Below are positions 1 through 13,052 of a DNA stretch of 64,000 nucleotides, in pieces. The notes under the pieces were generated by a model, which saw nothing but the letters and a program-made list of their open reading frames with translations, ran no database searches and was not told where the DNA came from. Each line of letters opens with the position of its first letter. Positions within the stretch are counted from its first letter, which is position 1. The translations under genes were made by a program, and so were the position numbers. Location: contig OZ286469.1 of assembly GCA_965644265.1 (NCBI GenBank), positions 31,806,001 to 31,870,000 on the forward strand, written 5' to 3'. This DNA is from Glycera tridactyla (taxonomy: Eukaryota).

Positions 1-505
1 AAGTGACCTTTAATAGGAAGGTGGTCTTCATAGAGAGGTCATTTACTGTTGAAAAAACTACAACGGTCGCAGCTCAGGCGGTCTTCATAGGCGGTCCAGC
101 TGTAATTTGAATGTGTTGACCCAGTCCTCCGCCTTCAGGAAGCATTTTAAGCTCACATGTAAGGCCATGCTGCACCTACATTCCTAAAATTGGTTCACAC
201 ACAGTCAAATCCATCTATGAGGATATGCTGGTTGCATCAAAAAGTGCCATTTGTAAACAGGTAGCCTTCATGGAGAGGTTTTATCGTTGGAAATACCGTA
301 AGTAAGCAGTTGGTCTTTGTATAAAGGTGGTCTCTCAAACAGCTTCAGATGTGCCTTTTCACCAAACTAACAACATTATTTTGCCTCCACTGGCTAATAT
401 AATCGGGTACAGTCCAAACTGTCTACAAAAACCACCCTTGGTCTCATAAAAATGGTCGCTTCAGTGAGGTGGCCTTTGTAAAGAGGTCATCCAGTTTAGG
501 AAATA

Positions 506-574
506 CAGTCGAACCGCCTCTAAAGACCCCTTTTTGATACGACCGGAGGCGGTCTTTATGGAGAGGTTCGACTG
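506..574. mobile_element. 69-bp MITE, Tc1/mariner-pogo type
   Basis: TIRs CAGTCGAACC...GGTTCGACTG, flanked by TA on both sides (504-505, 575-576). Degenerate relatives lie at 1-105 and 410-490. Confidence 0.8.
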
Positions 575-710
575 TACTATCACAGTTACAGGAGATGGCA
601 GCCATTGCAGAAAGGTGTTTTTGGGAGGGAGTGCATTTTATGGGTCCCTATCTTTAATCATCAACCCTGGGCATACTTGCAGGATACCTGCATACCTCCA
701 AGAAGGGAAG

Positions 711-893
711 CCTGCCTTGGTGGCTCAGTGGTAGCACGCTGGGCCAAAAAATGGGTCTGGGGTTCAATCCCTGGTCCTACCATGCAGGAATGTTTCACCC
801 TTCATCCTCGCTCCTCCTTGGCAGGTGGTCTGATTTAGCCTACTCAAGTGCAGAAAGTGGACCTAAAACCTAAACATTTCATCTCATTTCATT
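711..893 (+). mobile_element. Full-length tRNA-derived SINE
   Basis: A box TGGCTCAGTGG (721-731), B box GGTTCAATCC (761-770), (CATTT)n-like tail, and ~13-bp TSD tccaagaagg(g)aag at 697-710 and 894-906. Confidence 0.85.
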
Positions 894-1126
894 TCCAAGA
901 AGGAAGGGGAGGTCAGTACTGAACCATAAACCCCAAGCATTGTGTGATCAGTGATTTAGCTGACTTCGCCACTGACTGAAAATTTCCTGGGGACCCACAA
1001 AGTGCACTCTAGTCGGCTTTTGTATGGAGGTTCCACCATAATTTAACAGAAAAGGAAGATTTTGATGAATTGAGAGTGGAGAATATTTCGGTTCACCTGA
1101 GAGTGAGTGGGCATATTAGCAGTATT

Positions 1127-1158
1127 TGTGTGTGTGTGTGTGTGTGTGGGGGGGGGGG
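1127..1158. repeat. (GT)n microsatellite plus G run
   Basis: Read directly. Confidence 0.95.
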
Positions 1159-1482
1159 TGTATGGTAAGCTATCTTTGCAATCTACAACACTATATTGTC
1201 TTTCATTGTGACAGTCCTTTGCCTTTTCCACTGATCTTCCAACTAACCATGCCCACCCTCTCCCATACCCATCTTCACAAGGGCACTGATTCTAGACTGA
1301 TTTCAGCGGAACAGTGAACCCTGTGATGAGAGACCACCTTTGATGGCAGACTGCTTTTTCAGGACAGCTTTTCTATTTGACCTACCATAGTCAAATACAA
1401 CTCCAAGAGAGACCATCATTCGGTGTAATTTCGGGTGGTGTCTCCTTGTAGGTATCATGGTGATCAATTTCCTGCATGCACA

Positions 1483-1488
1483 CTCACA

Positions 1489-1552
<64 letters not shown>
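1483..1552. repeat. (CA)n microsatellite
   Basis: Read directly; source of the VCVCVC and THTHTH ORFs. Confidence 0.97.
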
Positions 1553-1555
<3 letters not shown>

Positions 1556-2025
1556 ACAAACACAAACATGTATGGAAGAGATGCAGGATTGTAAAGAAAA
1601 ATGTACAAATGTACTTGTATATCCCATCTAATTTGAAAGTTACAGGTACATTTTGAATGCCTCAATTGACATTCAGTCAAAGTTATACATGTACTAGCAC
1701 TGCATAGGATCCCCAGCATCCAATAGAACCTCAGTGATGGCTCTGAGGTATGGCTGAAGTGAGACATGTGTCTCGCCACTATCCAAAATATGAGACAATT
1801 TACACAAATATGGAACAAATTTTACAAGTGCTTGCTCTTGAGTGGGACTGAAGTGAGACGTTTGTCTCACTACTTCTTAAAATGTGGGACCTTACACTAA
1901 AATTGTCTCACAATCTCCCCTGATATCCAACACTGGAACCTCTTGGGAAACTCTGTCACAATCACTAGAAAATGTATCCTTCGTAGGCAGATGGTCTTTT
2001 GAGCAGATTCAACTGTGGCTTAGTA

Positions 2026-2186
2026 CAGTGAATCCTGTCTTGGGAGACCACCCTCTAATGGGAGACCGCTCTTAATCGGCTCTTCTCTATTTGACATAGT
2101 AAATATACCTCCAATGAGAGACCACCTGTCTTGAGAGACCACTTTTTATGGGCGTTTGGGGTGGTCTCCCAAGACAGGTTTTACTG
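2026..2186. mobile_element. ~160-bp pogo/Tc1-type MITE (GAGACC-repeat family)
   Basis: CAGTGAATCCTG...CAGGTTTTACTG, TA flanks, internal GAGACCAC repeats. Confidence 0.85.
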
Positions 2187-2315
2187 TATATAAAAATTCA
2201 ATAACACGATATTTGTACAATCGAACCTATCAATGAAAATCACCTTTGGTTGCATCACAAGATAATGTTTGTAGATAATTGGCCTTTATGGATAGCTTGC
2301 TCACTGTATGGAATA

Positions 2316-2493
2316 CAGTAAAACCTGTCTTGGGAGACCGCCCCAAATGCCAAGGAAAAGTGGTCTCTCAAAACAGGTGGTCTCTCATTGGAGGTATATT
2401 TGACTATGTCAAATAGAGAAGAGCCGATGAAGTGCGGTCTGCCATTAGAGGGTGGTCTCCCAAAAGAGGGGTCTCCCAAGACAGGTTTCACTG
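2316..2493. mobile_element. MITE of the same family, opposite orientation to 2026-2186
   Basis: CAGTAAAACCTG...CAGGTTTCACTG, TA flanks, central palindrome TATTTGAC-tat-GTCAAATA. Confidence 0.85.
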
Positions 2494-2669
2494 TACTACT
2501 CAAGTCATATTTTAAGATGGTCATTCAAGGCAGGTGGCCTTTGTCTAGAGATGGTCTTATGACCAGGTTTGTCTTTACATATAATGACTTCAATTTTGTT
2601 TCCAAAAGAGTGTTACCTGTTCATCATTAGTTAGCATAAGAACAATATCTCCTGTAACAAATTGGACTG

Positions 2670-2846
2670 CAGTGAAACCTGCGACGAGAGACCGCCCTAA
2701 ATGTCACCATAATGCGGTCTCTCAAAAGAGGTGGTCTCTCGTCAGAGGTATTTTTGACTATCTCAAATAGAAAAGATGCCCTGAAAAAGCGGTCTCCTGT
2801 CAGAGGTGGTCTCTTGTCGAGGGGTCTCTCGTCACAGGTTTCACTG
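2670..2846. mobile_element. MITE of the same family
   Basis: CAGTGAAACCTG...CAGGTTTCACTG; flanks read TG/TG. Confidence 0.85.
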
Positions 2847-3222
2847 TGCACAAATTACTCAATTATTACAATTTCATCTTTGCTTTCAATTCAAAATGAT
2901 ATTTGATTGAATATCAATCTGGATAATTTTGATCATATATTTGGAATGATTCAAACAATTTAATCTTGGATTTTTTTGGCATCTGTTGCCAAATACTTCT
3001 TCAAGGTTGATCATGACTTATATTCAGTGACCCACAGGGTGATTAGAGGGGTTGGGTGATAGAAGGGCTCATTCAGTTCTGTCTGACCTAGATAAGGTTT
3101 TGGATCAGTGGGGTGGGGTTGAGTGAGGTGGGAAGGAGGGGGGTTAGTAAGGTTAGGGTTGAGAGGTGAAGGATCAGGTCACCGCTGCTTTAGATTACAC
3201 GACTGCCTTGCTGCCTTTTCAG

Positions 3223-3445
3223 GTCACTGACTGTGTATGTGTGTGTTGTCAAGCCCTGGTTGCCAACCAGCCACGGCACCATAGTGTCATGTGACCTCGA
3301 GCAGCCAATCGGAGCGCGGTATGACCTTCTCTGCTGGTATAGTGCCATTTTGCCTTCTTCTCCAGACACAACAGGCTCTCTATTGCTGAGAGATTCCTTT
3401 CTGGAATTTTGCCACCTGTTCTCTCGGGACATCAACAAAAATCAG
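3223..3445 (+). other. Candidate spliced exon, product unknown
   Basis: ccttttcag acceptor and CAG|gtaatt donor, with one open frame (SLTVYVCVVKPWLP...DINKNQ). An alternative acceptor lies near 3364. No protein recognised. Confidence 0.3.
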
Positions 3446-4073
3446 GTAATTTACTTGCATTTCACTATCACCAGGACTTGTGACATTATCCTGTGGATGT
3501 GACATTATTTTCTGCTTTTTCAGTCTGATGAATGTTAGGATAAATTCCTTTGTCTCCATGACTGGCAGGTCTTCAATGGTCACTAATTGGCTACCTGGTA
3601 CCTGAACAATCTTTACAATTCTCTATTTTATTCTCTTCCTCTATTCATCTCTCAAAATCAAACACAAAATAGTACATCTCCATGACCCCTGAGCCATTTT
3701 GGGAATTTGTAATTTTTTTCCTAACTTCACCTTCACATGACAATTGCAGTATTGTCAGCCATCTTGAATTTTTGTATGAGCTGCTATCACAAATTTGCTT
3801 GTCCACCTCAGTCGTTCTTGATTTCAGGATTTATGTAATTATTTACAAATCAACCTTTATCTCATTCAATGTCTGATGCTTGTATTAGAGACATTAAGCC
3901 CTACTCAAACAATCAATCTCTTTTCGACCTCCATACAATATTGGCAGCCATTTTGAGTTTGTGTATTGAAGGGAATATGAAGTTTTGTCATCTTTATTAC
4001 ATTAAATGCCTTATACCGAGACTCTGTCCCGTTCTTTGTCAGCATGGTGATCCACACTGTGACCAGATTGCCA

Positions 4074-4244
4074 CAGTGAAACCTGCAATGAGACCTTCTG
4101 ATGAGAGACCACCTTCGACGGAAGACCGCTTTTCCCGGGCAGCGCTCTTATTTGACCGTCAAATATACCTCTGATGAGAGACCACCTCTTTTGAGACTGC
4201 TTTTTGATGACATTCAGGGTGGTCTCTCATTGCAGGTTTCACTG
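4074..4244. mobile_element. MITE of the GAGACC-repeat family
   Basis: CAGTGAAACCTGCAATGAGA...TCTCATTGCAGGTTTCACTG, with central TATTTGACcGTCAAATA. Confidence 0.85.
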
Positions 4245-4307
4245 TAGTATGATTAGTTTTCAAGTTTTTTACTTGAATTTCAACATTTACAACTACAGTA
4301 CTTTGTT

Positions 4308-4477
4308 CCAGGGTTTACATTCAGAGGGTGATTATGGCATTTCATACATCTTAGTGATTCTAGGCAATTAGGGGTTCTAAGTATATCCATTCTGGGAGTT
4401 GTTGTTAAGAAATGCCCCCTTTTTGTAAATATAAGGGGCAAATGCCCTTAATTTAGCAAACCCTGGATGTAACAGTG
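4308..4477. mobile_element. Possible hAT-type MITE (relative at ~42967-43190)
   Basis: CAGGGTTTACATTCAG start and CTGGATGTAACAGTG end; a similar pair of ends occurs at 42967-43190. No clean TSD. Confidence 0.4.
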
Positions 4478-4718
4478 TTTTTTCTCAAGGTACCAGATAT
4501 GTTGGTCGAACCTGTGATGAAACAATCTTTGACTCAAGCCAGCTTCTTATATTATACATAGATTTCTTCAAATGATCATGAAAGCAATTTCAAGAGAAAT
4601 TAAGATGATTTATGTAACTGACTCTTGTTTGAAAACCTAGCTGAAAAGTTGATGGCTTTACTTGCAAGCTTTTATCCTGATGTTGGTTTGGTATTAATTT
4701 TTTTTGATGATTTTTCAG

Positions 4719-4820
4719 CCTGCGCTTTGTTCACCCATCGGGGTTCTTCAACGTCCTGTTACATGAAAAGTTGATACATGCACACATGATGCGAAGAATT
4801 ACTTCACACTTCGGTATAAG
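4719..4820 (+). other. Candidate 102-nt spliced exon, product unknown
   Basis: T-rich acceptor tttttcag and AAG|gtaaat donor. One open frame, LRFVHPSGFFNVLLHEKLIHAHMMRRITSHFGI. Confidence 0.35.
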
Positions 4821-5627
4821 GTAAATTTTTTTCATCAATTTTGCGATGCTCTTTTGTGCATCTTTTAAAAAAAAATCATTTTTCAAACTCTTTCATATTG
4901 TTTTTGTTGGCCAATCTATTGCGCTTGATTAGGCAGACAGCCCCTTTAGAAATGAATATCAATAGTTGAAAGCTCTGGCACTGAATGCTTTGTAAAATTT
5001 GTTTAAATTGCCTACTCTGGCACTAGAATAGGATTTGTAGCATTTAAAGATATTGTTACGCCTCCAGTAATTTTTCTCTCCTTCAGTAATCTTCACCAAA
5101 TCTTCAATTTACGATCTCATTTTCTTTGATAAATGTGAGGGTAAGAATCTTTCACTTTATCATGAGTGGTTGCACTTATATGATCTCTGCTGGTAAGTTG
5201 TTTCCATTTGACTGGATCCAGAATATATGTGGTAGTTTATCATTGAGACCACCCCTGTCCAAAGACCATCTGGTTATGATGACCCATGGGCACAGTGTGT
5301 TTCATACAGTAATCAACTTCGCTACAAAGACCACCTGTGTACAGAGGTCAATATTACACAAAGATGATTGGCCATAATCGACAGTTTCAAATATATCTGT
5401 CCGCTGGTTTAGAAGTCAGACTCTTGAGATGTTGTTGCACTGGTGTCTTATTCGAAAATATCTTCGAAAGGCTTCCAAGTTGTTGATAATTAAGTTGTTT
5501 CTTAAGAAATTCATCCTGAGTTTGATGTTCATATGATGGTTTTTTTAATACCTGTGGATGTATCTGAAACAATGCTTCATGATTGCGAAGAAACATTTTA
5601 TTTATGTTGTATTTCACAGTTGTCCAT

Positions 5628-5870
5628 TTAAGAGATTTGCTTGTTATCTAACATGTCAAATATGCTACTTTTGCCAAACCAATTTGATTTGTCATTCTGA
5701 CCGTATTAAAGTGATTTGCTTGTTATCTAATATGTCAAATATGCTACTTTTGCCAAACCAATTTGATTTGTCATTCTGACCGTATTTAAGAGATTTGCTT
5801 GTTATCTAACATGTCAAATATGCTACTTTTGCCAAACCAATTTGATTTGTCATTCTGACCATATTTAAGA
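5628..5870. repeat. Tandem repeat, ~79-bp unit x3
   Basis: gatttgcttgttatctaacatgtcaaatatgctacttttgccaaaccaatttg recurs three times. Confidence 0.9.
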
Positions 5871-6709
5871 TATTTGAAATGCCATAAGAATATCACATTT
5901 AATAGTTGATGATCCTAACGATTGGATTATTGGTGTTACTAAATTTGATGAAATTCCTACAGCTATCACTGGAACTACCTTGAGATCACTTCCACATGTG
6001 ATCATTTCGCGTTGAACTGCTTGCCAGCCATCATGCTACAAGAAGGCCACATATGATTGTGCTTTAATAATACTTGTATTATCAGCATTGAATTTATCTA
6101 TTTATCACTCAATCTGATAAGATACCCAGGTGTGTTACTGGAACAACTTGTGCTTGATATAGGAGCACTTCCACATGCTAGTGTTCAAATTTGCCTGGAT
6201 AGATAGTTTGTCTATAGTCTACTTCTCCAAATCCCGGGGAGTAAATTTTGCAAACACATTTAGAGGAAGTGATTGATTCACCATAAAGATATAACAGAAC
6301 TCTGGATTGATTGATTGATTGGAATTTGCATCTTTGATTGAGCATTTATTGCCACAAATACATTTATCTCAATCTCCATAATTTTTTGCCTTGAGAGAAG
6401 GTGATTGATTTACTGTGGAGACAGCCTGCCACCATTATCTCTACCAATTAGCAGACCCTATTTCTTGTGAGACTTCTTGGTGTATACCTGCTTGTGCATG
6501 ATTCTCAAGGAAAAGAAACATCAGTGAGAGCAGGATAGTATGCATTGAGGCATGTTTGGACACAAATATTGCATTCTTGAAAGAGCTTCTTTTTAATTGT
6601 TCCTTGTTTTAAAACTTGCACGATCGCAGAAGTGATATCATTTTGGGAATGATTTGTCGAATCCGCTCTCCCAAGGAGAGTTGCTCTCAAATTTGTTTGG
6701 TGAAAACTG

Positions 6710-6858
6710 NNNNNNNNNNNNNNNNNNNNNNNNNNNNNNNNNNNNNNNNNNNNNNNNNNNNNNNNNNNNNNNNNNNNNNNNNNNNNNNNNNNNNNNNNNN
6801 NNNNNNNNNNNNNNNNNNNNNNNNNNNNNNNNNNNNNNNNNNNNNNNNNNNNNNNNNN
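6710..6858. other. Assembly gap (N-run) next to an (AAT)n tract
   Basis: N-run. Further gaps at 24809-24945, 37465-37638 and 37769-37921. Confidence 1.
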
Positions 6859-8021
6859 ATAATAATAATGATAATAATTATAATAATAATAATATAGTGT
6901 ATGTAAGGAGTGTGGCCACACATGGGAGAATAGTAAAATAATAATGTGTGGCATCCATTTAGTGCCATATCTGGGGCTACTCTCCCTCAAAGGTGTTTGC
7001 TCATTCAGCGCTCTCTAAATGAGAGCTGGTTTTTGCCTCATTCATCTGTCTTACTGAATAGATAGGTCTTGGTGCAATGCCAATGTTTGTTTCTACATTT
7101 ATCAGCTAATCATCTGGAAATACAACTCTTACTCAGAAATAAGAGGGTTACTGTCTTATTCAGAAAAGACTTGCTCTGCTGATCTGAATATATATGGACA
7201 CCTGGCATCATTAACCTGTTACTTGTATTTAATGTTTCATAGTCGCCGTAATCGACATTGTACAAAATCATGTACAGTATATTGGAGTAGGGAAAAAGGT
7301 CAATTTTGATGTGAATTTCACTGAGAAGCATTTCGTTGACTGATTTATGTAAGCAATGTTTTTTGCAAGTATTAGTTTGAGGTTTTCATTGACCTGAGGA
7401 GTAATCAGCCCAAATACTTCATTTTGCTGCTAGAAATATTCAGAGTCCACCGAAATCTTCGTGCAGTGCATAGTCGATTGATTTGGTAATGTATACTTGG
7501 TGGCTCTAACATAGCATGCTGTAATATGACATGACATGTCAACCAGCAGCATCAGATTTGCATATTTAATTATAGCATCCCAACAAGTCGGACCCCATTT
7601 TGCTTAAAATTGGCTGGGTTTCCACACATTTCCTTCCCAACTCGAGTAATAGGAAGGAGACATATATATGTGATAATATCAAAATTGAATATCTGTTCAT
7701 GCTGATCATTTTCTTGCCAAATTTGATTAATTTTGACCAAAAAAAAAGGTTGAAAAGGTGAGTCAAGTGTAATGTGGGTTGCCTGGACACAGGTGAACAA
7801 TGATCAAGATTTTTTGTGTATTAAGATTTTGAGTTTTCGACATAGTTAATGTTATTTCTTAATGGTTATTACCATTGTTTCTTAAGATATTATTGAAATT
7901 GATCATATCACGCTCAAATCGGACCGATGTTGTGTATTGCAGATGTGTTTATAACACATCAGTCGAGAGTGCATATAATGTTGTAGCTGCATAGATTACA
8001 TGAGATTATTCAGAAAATACT

Positions 8022-8200
8022 TAAGAGTAGGTAGAGGTGTGTCTGAACTGTCAGCTACTTCCACTTCCCCATCATCTTGTGTTCAGCGTTTGTGTGAGAG
8101 GTAGGTGTCTGCAGAAGAGAACAGCTAGCTTTCAATAACCAGGAACACACTGCATACATGACCCTAGGGTTGATACATGCAATTAAACCTAAAAGAATCT
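8022..8200 (+). mobile_element. SINE-like family 2 (gaggtgtgtctgaactgtcagctac... body)
   Basis: The same body recurs at ~16654-16830, 40620-40720, 40769-40875, 41705-41858, 42599-42775, 44244-44440 and 45152-45280; several copies end in (AAAC)n. Confidence 0.8.
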
Positions 8201-9499
8201 TGATTGACATAAGGTATCTAATTGACAACATTCATGAGGGGACTATTTCCTTGTGAAAACACACTGTTTTCAGCCTGCTTCTGCCATTACTTATGGGTGA
8301 TCACCTGCATAAATCAAGGCAGAGCCATTCTTAAAAACAGCCATTTCACTGCCCTGCCAATGTCCAGTGACAAGCAACTGGCATTCACTAGTCTGAAATG
8401 TATTTTTGTTCGATCTCTTACCTACTTTGGAAATATTTGTGTGCAGTCTTTAAGTGAGTGCATATGAAAGTTTGTCAATTCCCTTTGTGAAGGGTACAGG
8501 GTAAGAAAAGATGGTTGCTTCAAATATTTAGTTGCAATTCTGACCAACCTGCGGGTCGTACTTCCCTGAAGATCAGTAGACATGTGAGGCTCCTCTCATT
8601 TGATGAGACTTTTACTCTAGTCATTTAGCCACAAACGAATTTAATTGTCAATATCAGCAATGAAACATCTAGTCCTGAGTTTCAGAATGAAGTTTGGGGT
8701 ACATCTGATGTTTGTAATTTAATTGGATGGTGTACTGGTGACAGGCATGCACCGAAGAGTTTCTCATTACCCGCCCCCCATTCCAAGAGAAAAAATATCA
8801 ATTTCATCTGGCACATCAAACAGCTTTTCATGATAATTTCTGTGCTATAATTGAGTAAATAAGTAATGAGTAAGCAAGCAAAGAAGCTTTTATTTCAACT
8901 GGTAGATAAGTAGTATTGATTGATTGATTGATTGATTATAAGTCTATCTTTCTTCGTCAAAAATATTGAAACATGCATACAAGTATTCAATGTTCATTTC
9001 CAGGATGACGAATTACATCATCAGGACTGCTTTTCAGTCCAGTATGACCATTCTATAGTATTGGTTCAACATTTCATTCACAAACTTATTAAATTTTGCA
9101 TTCATAGACATGTATCAGTATTTCAATACAATAGAACTTCTGAAAACCATATTGTAACGTGAGAGCGAGTTATCCAATCTTGAGTGAAATTAATTGTCCG
9201 ACCTCACAGAATTTTTTATTCATCAGTATACTCTAAAACATTTCAGTGAAACATTTAATGAAAAACTTGAGCAATACCTGGAGATGCATCTCAAGTAAGC
9301 CACGCTGAGTTTTGAGTGACAGATCATGTGTGCTATTTTTCTATATTCAGCAAGAAATTCTTTTGTGAAATATTTTGATGACATGAAAAAGAAAATGTAG
9401 GGATCCAATGGTCTGGTTCATCAAATTGACAGAATGGGAACATCCAACCCACCCCTTGACTATGCTCTGTCAGTCTGGATTCAACAGTTGGTTCATCCT

Positions 9500-9990
9500 T
9501 TTTTGTGTGTACATGTACACTGGTTGTGTTGGGTATGCCGGCGTTGTTCATTTCTTGGATCATCATGATTTGTGTTGGTGGTATTTCAATTCCCTCTGGT
9601 GTCGCTGTATTCTTTGGCTTGTATTTGCTGGATTTTGATTGTAGTTTCTTTTCTCTTTTCCTCGCTGTTCTATGGCTTCTGTTGATGGGTCACATGTTTG
9701 ATTGTGTTTCTTGTGGGTGTGTACTGTCTGTGCATGTATGTATGTGAGTGAGTGTACACTGGTTGTGTTTGGGTATGCAGGCGTTGTTCATTTCTTCCAT
9801 CATCGTGTTTTGGGTTGTTGGTAGATTTCCTTTGGTGTCATTTCCTATGGTGTCGCTGTAGCCTGTGGTTTGTTTTTGCTGGATTCCAATTGAAGTTTCG
9901 TTTTCCTCTTGTTTTCTATGGCTTCTGTCTTGTAGTCACTTTGATGGTGCATTGTGTGCATGAAAATGTGTGTGCATGCATGGATGTGAG
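9500..9990. repeat. Diverged tandem duplication, ~250-bp unit x2
   Basis: gtacactggttgtgtt(t)gggtatgc...gcgttgttcatttctt occurs at ~9515 and ~9755. Confidence 0.75.
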
Positions 9991-10436
9991 TGGGTGTACG
10001 CATGTATGTGTGTTGAGGTTGACTTTTCGAATGGGTGTTCAGAGCAATCGAGGGAAAGTAGTTTGCATCCTTATGTCTCCATGATGAACCAAGACCAGAT
10101 TTTAAATTATTTCAGAATTCTATCATAACTCTTGAAGACATGATTGGTATAAGTGAAAATGTATTATACAACTACTGCTATTGGTCCCTGTAGACTTGTG
10201 AATATAATCCGATGAATATTCCTTATTTCCGCAATCTGAAATTGAGATGAAATTGGCCTCCTGTGACATCAGTTTTGTAGATGTGTTTTGATCATCCTGT
10301 ACGTCTTATAAATCATCATTCCTGGTTGAGAACCCAGTGCATGCCGTCTGGGATATCAAAGGCAGGCAAATTTCAGGTCATGTGAAGATCACAATGCCAC
10401 AAATTGTAATCGTATTAGTAAGCCATTTTTTGCAGT

Positions 10437-11710
10437 TTTTATACCCCGCTTTTGAAAAAGCGGGGTATTATAGTTCCACCTCCGGCGTCCGTACGTACGT
10501 ACGTACGTACGTCCGTCAGTCCGCTCACATTTCATGCAATAACTTTGAATTGGCTGGTCCAATTTTCATAAAACTTCATAACTGTGATCTATGAAAAAAT
10601 CGTATTCGAGAATTTGATTTTCGTACCCAAAGGTCAAAGGTCAAGGTCGCAGGAGCTATCTATAGATTTTCTTATTTTACACTCTAACTCAAGTTAGCCT
10701 CAATGGATATGCACCAAACTTACATAAAGTAATGACCTAATGGTAGGCCACCTCCCTTTCGATGCATGTGACCCCAGGTCATAGGTCAAGGTCACAGGAG
10801 CTATTTATAGATTTCCCCATTTTACACTCTAACTCAAGCCAGCTCTGATGGATATGCACCAAACTTACACAAAGTAATGACCTAATGGTAGGCCACCTCT
10901 CTTTCGATGCATGTGACCCCGGTCAAAGGTCAAAGTCACAGGAGCTATTTATAGATTTTCCCATTTTACACTCTAATTCAAGCCAGCTCTGATGGATATG
11001 CACCAAACTTACACAATGTAATGACTTGATGGTAGGCCACCTCCCTTTCGATGCATGTGACCCCATGTCAAAGGTCAAGGTCACAGGAACTATTTACAGA
11101 TTTCCCCATTTCACACTCTAACTCAAGCGAGATGGATATGCATCAAACTTACACAAAGTAATGACCTAATGGTAGGCCACCTTCTTTACGATGCATTTGA
11201 TCCTAGGTCAAAGGTCAAGGTCACAGGAACTATTCATAAATTTTCTCATTTCACACTCCAGCTCAAGCTTGCATTGATCGATATGCACCGAAGTTTCACA
11301 ACGTAAAGACCCAATGGTGAGATATCTCCCATTTGATGCATGTGACCCTGCGTCAAAGGTCAAGGCCATAGGAGCTATTTTTAAATTTCCGCATCTCACA
11401 CAATAACTCAGGCTAGCATTGTTGGATGAAGATCAAACTGACCTGGGATGATCAAGCAATGTTACAACATCTCTCTTACAATGCATGTGACCCTAAGTCA
11501 TAGGTCAAGGTGAAGGTTTTAGGTGCTACTACATATGTATTAGATTTTCTTATTCTACACAGTGATCCAGTGACTTATTACATAGCCAACCAAACATCTC
11601 AATGACCTTTTCCGATATGGGTTACCCACTGTGCTCCAGTGTGCGATATGGGTTACCCACTATGCTCCCGTGTGCGGGGTATATTGCCCCTCTGTGGCCT
11701 TGTTTCTTGT
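10437..11710 (+). mobile_element. Non-autonomous Helentron-type element (HINE/DINE-1-like) with internal ~145-bp tandem array
   Basis: 5' palindrome ATACCCCGCTTTT-G-AAAAAGCGGGGTAT (10441-10468), (CGTA)n microsatellite at ~10490-10512, about 6.5 units carrying aggtcaaaggtcaaggtcac, and 3' inverted subTIR GCGGGGTAT (11674-11682) before cttgtt. This matches the established HINE architecture. Confidence 0.8.
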
Positions 11711-11723
11711 GTATTAGGTTCTG

Positions 11724-13052
11724 CGGGGTTCACAGTGTCCTGAAAATGTCCTGTAAAACTGCGATTTGTCTTGAAAAAATACAAATTGTCCTGAAAAAAT
11801 AAATGTCCTGATATTGTCCTGGAAACGATTCAAATGGTTCAAATGTACCACAGAATGTGTCTTCGTCCTGAAAAGTAAGCGTGACTTCAAATTGACGTAA
11901 ATTTAATCCTCAATGGTTTTACGTGAAGACAAAGGCGAAATCTGACATGCTAATTCATCGCTAATTGTGTTCGTTCACTCTTGGCGCCGGTCCGTAAGGT
12001 GGTAGTCGCATGTTTATATGGGAAGAAGCAAGATGCGAAGTTCAGGAAAGATGCAAGAGATGACAGTTTCACGTTAGTCAATGTTCGAATAATCACGCAG
12101 CGCCAAACGGATTGTGACGGAAAAAAAGTGAAACAAAAGTCAGGCGCTAATCAGGTTGCGACAGAAAAAATTGGATTGCAACTATCGGATGCAATTCTGA
12201 TTTGAATTAACTGTTTGAGCATTTCCTTCCCCGTATGAAATTTGCTGGTCTTTTTACCGATTGATTAATTCAATATCAGATAGCACCTCATCCATGTTGA
12301 TGTGACGTCTGATTTGAAGTAGCTATAAGTATTTCTTTCTCTATTTCAAATTTGCTGGTCTTCATACCATGTAATTTGTCCATTTCAGGCCGACCTCCAC
12401 ATAGAGTTGATCCGCTTGATTTGAAGTAACATTCAATTATTTCTTTCCCTGTAGGAAATTTGTGCCGTTAGTCAATGTTCAAATAATTGCACAGCGCCAA
12501 ACGGATTGCGATGATCTGAAGTAACTGTTTAAGTATTTCTTTCCCTGTATGAAATTTGCTGGTCTTTATACCATATAATTAATCCATTTCGGGCTGACAT
12601 CCAAAGAGTTGATCTGCTTGATTTGAAGTAACGTTCAAGTATTTCTTTACCTGTATGAAATTTGTGACGTTAGTCAATGTTCGAATATTTGCACGGCGCC
12701 AATCAGATTGCGACGGAAAAAAGGTGACGCAAAAGTCAGGCGATCGTTTTGCTCTCCTAGTGGAGTTCAGAGAAAATGCAAGAGATGATGCTTTCATGTT
12801 GATCAATGTCGCGAAAATTGCGCAGCACCAAACGGAAAAAATGGAACCAACTTAAAAGCCCCAAAATGGCGCCATGGTCGTGATCGTAAACATTGCTAAA
12901 TATTGTGAAAACACGGTGTAGTATGGCGATTTCTGAGGTACATAAACTGTGAAATTTGTGACTATGGCATGTGTCCTGAAAAACTGGGAGATGTCCTGAA
13001 AATGTCCTTGAAAGTCCTGAAAAACCATCTCACCCAACCACTACGAACTCTG
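11724..13052. mobile_element. Probable non-autonomous hAT-like element
   Basis: Imperfect ends CGGGGTTC.../...GAACTCTG, clusters of TGTCCTGAAAA subterminal repeats at both ends, and internal repeats (gttagtcaatgttcgaat..., aaatttgctggtctt). No TSD found. Confidence 0.5.

Noticed and set aside
711-785. Functional tRNA gene
   Set aside because: The anticodon arm is disrupted, and the sequence continues into a SINE body with tail and TSD.
1303-1818. 171-aa ORF, and other ORFs spanning microsatellites or N-gaps (e.g. 6505-6990, 24499-24987, 37310-37708)
   Set aside because: Their length is due to simple repeats or Ns.
4080-4200. Hammerhead ribozyme (CTGATGA and GAAAC in MITEs, also ~39520)
   Set aside because: Motif order, stems and the NUH site do not fit; these are MITE TIR and internal repeats.
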